Assembly: GCA_015661155.1 (NCBI GenBank)
Contig: JACVQK010000004.1
Span: 9,243-73,242, forward strand
Source: Dehalococcoidia bacterium
GTDB lineage: Bacteria; Chloroflexota; Dehalococcoidia; Lucifugimonadales; UBA2985
Length of the DNA stretch: 64,000 nucleotides
Direction: 5' to 3'
Part shown: positions 57,586 to 64,000 of the stretch, one piece after another
Position numbering within the stretch: position 1 is the first letter of the stretch
How the letters are laid out: the number at the start of each line of letters is the position of its first letter
Notes under the pieces: generated by a model
Told to the model about the DNA's origin: nothing
The model's input: the letters and a program-made list of their open reading frames with translations, nothing else
Database searches by the model: none
Translations under genes and position numbers: made by a program

Positions 57586-58110
57586 TCAGACGCTCCCGTC
57601 CTCAAGCTCCGCAACCATCTCCGTGATCCTCTCCACCAGGGCCTCGCCCGAGAGAGCGCCCACAGCCTGGGGGCCAAGGACCTGATGGTCGATGCTGACC
57701 ACCGGGCCCTGGGAACAGGCACCCAGACAGGTGTTGTACTTGAGGGACACCCTTCCGTCGGGGGTATCCCCTTCCCCAGAGAGGGCCAAGGCCCCAAGAA
57801 CGGCATGAAGGAGCCTCTGGGCACCCAGGAGATGGCAGGTCGGTCCCCAGCACACCTCGACCACATGCTCACCGGGAGGAGTGAAGCGAAAGTTGGGGTA
57901 GAAGGAGGCCACGCCCCACACGTCGTTGATGGTGGAGTGGGTGAAGCGGGCCACCTCTTCGATGGCCTGGGGGGGTATGTAGCCCAGCTCGTCCTCGATG
58001 GCCAGGAGGGAGGAGAGGAGAGTGACGGTCCTGGCCCTCTGGTTGGCCAGGGCTCCGCGTATCCTCTCCCGCAGGTCGCCGTGATTCGAGATCACCGCAC
58101 CTCCGTGCAT
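57586..58110 (-). CDS. NuoE-like [2Fe-2S] subunit
   Basis: ..VCWGPTCHLLG..CLGACSQGPVV.. motifs. Confidence 0.9.
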   Translation of the reverse strand: MHGGAVISNHGDLRERIRGALANQRARTVTLLSSLLAIEDELGYIPPQAIEEVARFTHSTINDVWGVASFYPNFRFTPPGEHVVEVCWGPTCHLLGAQRLLHAVLGALALSGEGDTPDGRVSLKYNTCLGACSQGPVVSIDHQVLGPQAVGALSGEALVERITEMVAELEDGSV

Positions 58111-58232
58111 CGTGATTTTTCTAATTAGCCGATGGTATCACAAGTGGCCCCGGCCTTCAACAGACATCTTGGTGGCCTTTTAGGCATCCATACAGGAGGC
58201 CGTGATAGTGCATAGCAAACGTAGTAGGGTGT

Positions 58233-58353
58233 TGAAAAACCCTTTCGACCATCCCCCTGGCCCCCTTCCTGGCCAGGAAGGGGGAGAAATTCGAATCTGG
58301 GGGACACCCCCAGACCCCCGCCAGAAGGGGCTTTGCCCCCTCTGGACTCCCCC
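58233..58353 (+). repeat. Family A repeat, copy A7 (M1+M3)
   Basis: Near-identical to 34307..34428. Confidence 0.9.
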
Positions 58354-58488
58354 AGAGTCACTTTCGGGGACCAGTTCGGAAGGAGACCGTGATAGCGCAC
58401 AGCCAACCTGGTAGAATAGTGGACACCCTGAACCTCAAGCTCCCCAGAGGAACAGGAAGACGTCTGCAAGGAGGATTCACAACCAGTC

Positions 58489-58647
58489 ATGGGAAGACCC
58501 ACTTGGTACGCTGAGCACCCTCCGGCATGTACCTGTGTTAGCTGCCAGGAGAAGCAGACCATAAGCCGGCACCACGGCAAGATTGGTCGAAACGAGAAGT
58601 GTCCCTGTGGAAGCGGCAAGAAGTACAAGAAATGCCACGGGCAGTGA
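58489..58647 (+). CDS. Small SEC-C motif ([14 protein letters not shown]) metal-binding protein, 52 aa; not in the ORF track
   Basis: Translates as [60 protein letters not shown] lies about 13 nt upstream. Confidence 0.55.
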   Translation: MGRPTWYAEHPPACTCVSCQEKQTISRHHGKIGRNEKCPCGSGKKYKKCHGQ

Positions 58648-58687
58648 ACTGCACGACGGCCGTAGTCCCGCCGGCATGGGTGCGCTT

Positions 58688-58771
58688 GTAGGGTGGGTGA
58701 GGTGAAACGAAACCCACCCCAAAGATTCCAGTTTGGGTAGGGCGGGTTTCGCTACGCTATACCCACCCTAC
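58688..58771. repeat. Two adjacent GTAGGGYGGGT...ACCCACCC(TAC) hairpins
   Basis: The inverted repeats are read at 58688..58720 and 58737..58771. Confidence 0.7.
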
Positions 58772-58795
58772 AACTCCTGCTCTGGCGGATGCGCC

Positions 58796-59443
58796 CTAGC
58801 CTGGCAGATGAGAGGGAGGGATTTCAGGAATGGGAGGCAGGAGGTCAGGGTATTCTGCAACCCAGGCCCGGTACAGCTTCTTGAAGGCCCCGAGGATGCT
58901 GCCATTGCCGTGGCCGGGCAGGAGGAAGGTGTCGTCTGGAAGGACAAGGAGCTTCTCCGTGATGCTCCTGAGGAGCTGCTGCGTAGCCTCCACACCATGG
59001 CTTTCCCCCGGCGCATGAGCGTAAAGGGTGTCCCCTGTGAAGAGGTGGTTGCTCACCAGGTAGCATACCGACCCCGGAGTGTGCCCGGGGGTATGGATTG
59101 CTTTAACCTCCATGGTGCCTGCCGTGATGGTATCGCCGTCCTTGACGAGGATGTTCGGGGACACCGGCATGTCGGCGGCGTCTTCGGCGTGGGCCGCCAT
59201 GGGAGCACCCGTGGCATCGGTGATCTCCTTCAGCCCCTCCAGGTGGTCACGGTGTTTGTGGGTGATGAGGATGGCCTTGACCCGGGTGCCCTTGGCCTGC
59301 TCCAGGAGCTTCTCTGGATTCATAGGAGCGTCGATGATTACGCTCTCCTGGGTCTGGGGACACACTACGAGGTAGGCGTTGTTGCCATCGGAGCCACAGA
59401 GAGTCCAGAACACCCGAAACTCTTTGTCGTACAGCAGGGTCAT
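58796..59443 (-). CDS. MBL-fold metallo-hydrolase (glyoxalase II-like)
   Basis: ILITHKHRDH (HxHxDH) motif, 215 aa. Confidence 0.85.
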   Translation of the reverse strand: MTLLYDKEFRVFWTLCGSDGNNAYLVVCPQTQESVIIDAPMNPEKLLEQAKGTRVKAILITHKHRDHLEGLKEITDATGAPMAAHAEDAADMPVSPNILVKDGDTITAGTMEVKAIHTPGHTPGSVCYLVSNHLFTGDTLYAHAPGESHGVEATQQLLRSITEKLLVLPDDTFLLPGHGNGSILGAFKKLYRAWVAEYPDLLPPIPEIPPSHLPG

Positions 59444-59449
59444 GCTATA

Positions 59450-59826
59450 TCAACTCTCGTGGGCGACCCGGCGCAGCTGCTGGTCGAAGGTGGCCAGGGG
59501 TGCGCCCAGGGCCTGCACGAGGTAGAGGTAGCTGGCGGCGTAGGTACTCAGACCTGTTTCATGAGCAAGGTCGAGGACGGAAGCGTGGTCTACCTCGTGC
59601 CACCGGATACCCATAGCCAGGGCCGTAATCAGAGCCTCTTTAATGGCCCCCCCCTCTGGACAGGGTATTGAAGACACTTCTTCTGGGCGATGTGCACAAG
59701 CTCGTAAGCCATGAGAGTGGGAGCCTGGAGATCGAACCCCCTCACAAGAGCATCCGCTTCATCCGCTCGCGGCTCCTCAAAGATGATGGCTCCCAGGATG
59801 CTGGCATCCACCACCTTATCGGGCAT
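59450..59826 (-). pseudogene. vapC: PIN-domain VapC-like toxin split by a frameshift in a G8 run
   Basis: ORF 59629..59859 (MPDKVVDASILGAIIF...) and ORF 59450..59677 (...LSTYAASYLYLVQALGAPLATFDQQL) are the two halves of a PIN domain. The frames differ at C8 (59647..59654, + strand). One extra G would restore a single ORF. Confidence 0.7.
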
Positions 59827-60049
59827 CCCGTAGCTCTCTAATCCAAGTGGTGGACTCATCGCCGGTCTGAATGCCCAGTTGTTTCACCCGCTGGCGAACC
59901 TCATCCAAAGATATCTCGTCTGGCGTGACTGCCTCTTCCAGGATAGTCATCATCTCCCCCTGAAGGGAGCGATGGTGGCGCTTCGCGCGGCTGCGGAGCT
60001 TGGCCACCAGGTCATCTGGGACGTTCTTCACCGACAGGTTGACTGGCAC
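59816..60049 (-). CDS. Ribbon-helix-helix (Arc/FitA-like) antitoxin
   Basis: PVNLSVKNVPDDLVAKLRSRAKRHHRSLQGEMMTILEE. Its stop overlaps the VapC-like start by 11 nt. Confidence 0.75.
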   Translation of the reverse strand: MPVNLSVKNVPDDLVAKLRSRAKRHHRSLQGEMMTILEEAVTPDEISLDEVRQRVKQLGIQTGDESTTWIRELRDAR

Positions 60050-60232
60050 GGACTTCCTCCAGAACGCATCTATATTGGCTCCATTATAGAACCACTGTCA
60101 CGCGGTGTCAACTTGACGTCGGCTGTCGGTGCTGAGCGTGCTGAGCCTCTGTGGACACTACTCGAACCTTCTGCGGCCGGTATTGCTGCCAAGGTTAAGG
60201 CGGTTACTCGAATGAATAAGGGAGCGTCAGCG

Positions 60233-60264
60233 TTGACAAACTGTACACTTACCTGTACAGTTTG
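60233..60264 (+). promoter_or_regulatory. Promoter TTGACA-N17-TACAGT overlapped by a perfect 11-bp inverted repeat CAAACTGTACA-N6-TGTACAGTTTG (candidate TA operator)
   Basis: The hexamers lie at 60233..60238 and 60256..60261. The palindrome spans 60237..60264. The relE-like ATG is 10 nt after the -10 element. Confidence 0.6.
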
Positions 60265-60270
60265 TGGTTG

Positions 60271-60585
60271 ATGGTCTACCGGATCGAAATCACCCCGACG
60301 GCCCTAGAAATGCTGGAAGCCATCACTGACCGGCGTACTCAATCTGCCATCGTGCGGCGCATCAATGGGTTGGCCCAGGAGCCCCAGATGCAGGGGAAAG
60401 CCCTCCGAGGTGAGCTGGCGGGCTTCCTGAGCATCCGGGCAGCCGGGCAGCGGTATCGAGTGGTATATCGAGTTGAAGAGCAAAACGAGCGGGTCATCGT
60501 GTACCTGGTGGGTATCCGAAAGGAGGGCAGCCGACAGGACGTGTACGCGTTGGCCCAGCGGCTCGTGCGACGGGGATTACTGTAG
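60271..60585 (+). CDS. relE: RelE/ParE-family toxin
   Basis: MVYRIEITPTALEMLEAI..GKALRGELAGFLSIRAAGQRYRVVYRVEEQNERVIVYLVGIRKEG. Confidence 0.8.
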   Translation: MVYRIEITPTALEMLEAITDRRTQSAIVRRINGLAQEPQMQGKALRGELAGFLSIRAAGQRYRVVYRVEEQNERVIVYLVGIRKEGSRQDVYALAQRLVRRGLL

Positions 60586-60598
60586 GAGGGAAGGGTAG

Positions 60599-60883
60599 AT
60601 GGAAGCTCCAAGGGAAACAGAAGAGATCACCATAGTGGATGCTCGGCGGCTTCTAACGAAGCTACCGGAACGGCTGGGGAGTCACCCTGCAACCGTGGCG
60701 GTCACACGACGGGGGAAGCCCGTTCTGGCCATCATGGCCTGGGAGGACTATGAGGCTATCCTGGAGACCCTGGAGATCCTCAGCGATGAGGAAGCGGTCG
60801 AGAAACTGCGCCGCAGCATCCAGGAAGTCAGGGAGAGCAAGACCATCCCCTGGGAAGAGGCCAAGACCCGCCTCGCCAGGTAG
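60599..60883 (+). CDS. Phd/YefM-family antitoxin
   Basis: ..VAVTRRGKPVLAIMAWEDYEAILETLEILSD... The ATG follows GGAGGGAAGGG, 13 nt after the relE stop. Confidence 0.75.
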   Translation: MEAPRETEEITIVDARRLLTKLPERLGSHPATVAVTRRGKPVLAIMAWEDYEAILETLEILSDEEAVEKLRRSIQEVRESKTIPWEEAKTRLAR

Positions 60884-60979
60884 ACCCAGGGACATAGTGG
60901 TAGCTTAGTTGTGCGCTGGGTTACGTCTTGGAAAGCTGGTGGACCGTCGTGGCTTCGAATCCCACGCACACTTTACACC

Positions 60980-62308
60980 TCACCCCAAGTCCTCCATCAT
61001 CATGCCCGCCAGGCGCTTGCCCATGCGGACGCTGTAGCTGGTGCCCCGATCTTCGGGGTAAATCTGGGTGGTGTTGGCCAGGTAGAGGCCCTTGACGGGC
61101 GTCCGGTGGTCGGGGATGTGCTGGGAGTAGTTGGCACCAGCTATGGGCTGGGCCGCCTCCACCCTGTGGTAGTACCACTCCTCGATCCAGGAAGGGTCGA
61201 AGCGGGGGTTGACCTTCTTCAGATGGGGGATGTACTCCTCCAGGAGTTGGCTGTCCTTCATGTGAAAGAGGGGGCTGTCCTCCCCCAGGTAGTTGGAGAT
61301 GTACAGGATGTGCTTTCCGCCGTAGTGGGAGGACTCGATGTAGTTGGTGTGCTCAATGAGGCCCACAAAGGGAATGGAGCGGTCGGCGATGTTGAGCCAG
61401 TAGAGGCGGGACAAGGGCTCCTTGAGCACCAGGACCATGAGGACCGCGGCCAGGTACTTGACCCCCTGGAGCTTCTCCAGATAGTCCTGGGGCAGCCCTG
61501 AAACCAGGCGGGGCAGCACGTAGGACGGCGTGGTGGCCAGAACGGCGTCGAAGGGCCGAAGGATTGTACTCCCCCAGGCAGACCGCGCCTCCAGGCCCGT
61601 GGCCCGTCCCTCCTCCACGGTGATGGCCCGCACCGGCGTTGAGAGGTTCACCTCCCCTCCCCTCTCCACGATGCGCTCCGCCAGGGTCTCGAACACCTCC
61701 GCGAAACTCCCCATGGGATAGCCCAGCCTCTCCTTCTGCATGCCCTTGCCCCGGGAGGCAAAACGGGTGTGTATCTTTCCCCAGAACCAGGGCATGCCCA
61801 CCTTATCGTAGTAGGCCCCGAACTTCCCCCTCAGCAGGGGCCCCCACACCACGTCGTATGCCCCCTTGCCGGCGTACTTCCGAATCCACTCGGCAGCGGT
61901 GAAACGCTCCAGCTTCTGCCACTCCTTGTACCGCTGGAGATAGAGAATCGCCAGTCCCATCCGAAGGCGGTCCACCGGACTCAGGGGCGTGAAGCGCAGG
62001 AGGTCCGTGGGAGAAACGAAGTTGTAGATTTTACCGCCGTGGAAGATGCCCACCTTGGATTCGATCCACGCCAGCTTGGGGCCCAGGCCCAGCTCGTGAA
62101 TCAGGTCCACCATATCCCGGTCGCTGGTGAACAGGTGGTGATACCCCTTCTCCAACCGGGCGCCTCCCACGTCGAAGGTGGAGGCTTGCCCCCCCACAAA
62201 GGGGTCTCCTTCATACACCGTCGCCTCATGCCCAGCCTTGACCAGGGTGTAGGCCGCAGCCAGGCCCGTGGCCCCCGCCCCGATAATGCCTACCTTCATT
62301 GGACTCAT
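60980..62308 (-). CDS. FAD/NAD(P)-dependent amine-oxidase/phytoene-desaturase-like oxidoreductase
   Basis: MKVGIIGAGATGLAAAYTL..VYEGDPFVGGQ dinucleotide-binding motif. ATG 62308 was chosen. Confidence 0.75.
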   Translation of the reverse strand: MSPMKVGIIGAGATGLAAAYTLVKAGHEATVYEGDPFVGGQASTFDVGGARLEKGYHHLFTSDRDMVDLIHELGLGPKLAWIESKVGIFHGGKIYNFVSPTDLLRFTPLSPVDRLRMGLAILYLQRYKEWQKLERFTAAEWIRKYAGKGAYDVVWGPLLRGKFGAYYDKVGMPWFWGKIHTRFASRGKGMQKERLGYPMGSFAEVFETLAERIVERGGEVNLSTPVRAITVEEGRATGLEARSAWGSTILRPFDAVLATTPSYVLPRLVSGLPQDYLEKLQGVKYLAAVLMVLVLKEPLSRLYWLNIADRSIPFVGLIEHTNYIESSHYGGKHILYISNYLGEDSPLFHMKDSQLLEEYIPHLKKVNPRFDPSWIEEWYYHRVEAAQPIAGANYSQHIPDHRTPVKGLYLANTTQIYPEDRGTSYSVRMGKRLAGMMMEDLG

Positions 62309-62310
62309 TG

Positions 62311-62428
62311 CAAAACCCTCACCCCCTGTGTCCCCCTCTCCCTTGCGAAGGGAGAGGGGGAAGAAAACCCCGTTGGGGGACACCCCCAAACCCCCGCCAG
62401 AGGGGGCACAGCCCCTCTGGACTCCCCC
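62311..62428 (+). repeat. Family A repeat, copy A8 (M1 variant with a CCCCCTCTCCCTTGCGAAGGGAGAGGGGG hairpin, plus M3)
   Basis: M3 is near-identical to the other copies. It abuts the oxidoreductase start codon. Confidence 0.85.
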
Positions 62429-62452
62429 TAGAAAACCAGTCTTGACATGCCT

Positions 62453-63544
62453 TCATTGAGAATCCTCCGCTTCCACGGCAGGCCCTGCCGACGCGTGAGA
62501 TAGGGGAGCAGACCCCCCACGGCTCTCCCGGGTGAGCCTCGCCAGCGAGAGGTTCCCCACCCAGAGGAATACCAGGCCCAACAACGTCACCGGCAGAAGC
62601 AGAGCCACGTGGAGGACGATGGTGTAGGCCCCAGCGACGGCCCCCTCCACCCCCAGCAGGGTCAGAGTGGCGGCCGCGGCCAGGTCGAAGGTGCCGATGC
62701 CCCCCCCGGACGAGGGGATGATCCCGGCCAAATTTGAGGTGGCGGTGACCAGCAGGATAACCCCCGCCATCTCCGCCGGGCTGAATGTCTCGTTCAGGCC
62801 GAAGGAGAATCCGATGATGTAGTACATCAGGGCCTCTGCCAGCCACACCGGGAGGGAGAGGAGGAACACCACCAGCAGGCGTCGGGGGCTTTTGAGGACA
62901 TCCAGCCCGTCGACGAACATCTGAACAAGCCCCTTTACCCGGGGCCGGACCCGAGAGGGAAGAACCGCGGTGACCCGCTCCACGAGCCTCTCCAGCCAGG
63001 GAGGAGAGAAGGAGGCGGCCACCATGAAGGCGATGGCCAGCACGAAGGGCATGGACATGGCCAGGGCGAGAAGCACCCAGGGTATGCCCGCCTTTTCCCC
63101 AAGCCCTTGAAGAAGGCCCACCAGGGGCAGGAACAGAGAAACCACCGCGGCGAAGAAGAGCAGGGTGAGGCCATCGAAGACCCGCTCCACGATGATGGTG
63201 GCCAGGGCAGCGGTCTTGCTGACCCTCTCCCTCTCCCCCAGGTAGTAAGCTCGTACCACCTCTCCCAGACGTATGGGAAGGAGGTTGTTGGCCATGTAGC
63301 CTACCACCACCACCGGGAAGAGACGCCCTATGGGCATGACCCTCATGGGGCTGAGAAGGTACTGCCAGCGCAGGGAGCGGAAATAAACGGCTCCAAAGTA
63401 GACCAGGATGGCGGGAATGAGCAGGAGATAGTTGGCCTCGCTCAGCTTTCCCCACGTCTCACCCATGTCTATGCGGGAGAAAAAGAGGCCCAGGAAGAGG
63501 AGGCTTACCCCCGTGGCCAGCCAGAACCGAGGAGACTTGAGCAA
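62453..63544 (-). CDS. Flippase-like / UPF0104 family membrane protein (paralog type of 32983..34242)
   Basis: ..YFRSLRWQYLL..GYMANNLLPIRLGEVVRAYYL.. in a polytopic protein. Confidence 0.7.
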   Translation of the reverse strand: MLKSPRFWLATGVSLLFLGLFFSRIDMGETWGKLSEANYLLLIPAILVYFGAVYFRSLRWQYLLSPMRVMPIGRLFPVVVVGYMANNLLPIRLGEVVRAYYLGERERVSKTAALATIIVERVFDGLTLLFFAAVVSLFLPLVGLLQGLGEKAGIPWVLLALAMSMPFVLAIAFMVAASFSPPWLERLVERVTAVLPSRVRPRVKGLVQMFVDGLDVLKSPRRLLVVFLLSLPVWLAEALMYYIIGFSFGLNETFSPAEMAGVILLVTATSNLAGIIPSSGGGIGTFDLAAAATLTLLGVEGAVAGAYTIVLHVALLLPVTLLGLVFLWVGNLSLARLTRESRGGSAPLSHASAGPAVEAEDSQ

Positions 63545-63750
63545 GGATGGGACTCCGTGATTGGGGTGCTGTAGCTATAGTTCAGACAAACCAGTATAGC
63601 TTCAATGGGCGAAGGAGGACAAGCAGGGCGTGCCCCTACTACACTCGTGTGGTTCGACAGCCTTACTTGTTATTATACGTGCCAACAGGCAACACCATAA
63701 GATGACTGCTATAATACGATCATCTGATGTGGCCGAGGAGAAACCGGCTT

Positions 63751-64000
63751 ATGTCCCTTCGCGATGAATGGCTGGAGGTAAATCAAACACTAGAGGCAAT
63801 TTGCCAGGACTTGTTGAAGCACCTTCCTAGCACAGGACCTACTGATAACCGCTTCTGCGACTTCATGACTGGCTTCCTAAGGAAGGCTACAAGACTTCTT
63901 ACCGCATCGAATACTTTAGCTCAGGTAAACCTCTGGGATGAAACTCAGATTATAGCGCGAGTTCTTCTTGAGCACAGAATTAATGTAGACTATTTCATGA
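63751..64000 (+). CDS. Partial ORF of unknown function running off the window end
   Basis: ATG 63751 lies 10 nt after GAGGAG. The frame stays open for 83 codons (MSLRDEWLEVNQTLEAICQDLLKHLP...). The region is visibly AT-richer than the rest. Confidence 0.35.
   Translation, partial: MSLRDEWLEVNQTLEAICQDLLKHLPSTGPTDNRFCDFMTGFLRKATRLLTASNTLAQVNLWDETQIIARVLLEHRINVDYFM

Noticed and set aside
1687-62428. CRISPR array interpretation of the recurring GC-rich repeats.
   Set aside because: The copies are kilobases apart and 50-200 nt long. They are not separated by short uniform spacers, and no cas genes are present.

Overview
GC-rich bacterial chromosomal window. Thr/Pro/Ala-rich lipoprotein linkers and REP-like repeats are reminiscent of Chloroflexota, but that is only a guess. 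All homology calls come from reading translated motifs by eye, not from searches. About 55 credible protein genes, mostly on the minus strand: (1) a selenocysteine-dependent glycine/sarcosine/betaine reductase locus (grdE-grdB divergent from grdC-grdA) with two in-frame UGA codons that the ORF track splits; (2) a frameshifted family-5 solute-binding protein; (3) gdh-glnA; (4) methyltransferase-prmC-prfA; (5) dinB; (6) an LLM/F420-type oxidoreductase; (7) a PEP-utilising (rifampicin-phosphotransferase-like) enzyme; (8) a xanthine-dehydrogenase-family Mo enzyme with MoaD/XdhC/MocA genes, followed by a GntR-type regulator and a TupABC-like tungstate transporter; (9) groES-groEL with a CIRCE operator; (10) ccmF-ccmH plus two unknown membrane proteins; (11) mutL and mutS separated by a small accessory islet; (12) a NuoE/NuoF/NuoG(FdhA)-like + GltD-like + FNR redox cluster interrupted by a DUF35/thiolase pair; (13) two type II TA loci; (14) two flippase-like (UPF0104) membrane proteins. 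There is no rRNA, CRISPR array or intact mobile element, only IS, recombinase and tRNA-like debris. The most notable non-genic signals are a modular, orientation-biased GC-rich intergenic repeat family (9 copies), a second palindromic REP-like family (4 loci), and two cases where a small gene cassette is bracketed by a duplicated end of the neighbouring gene.
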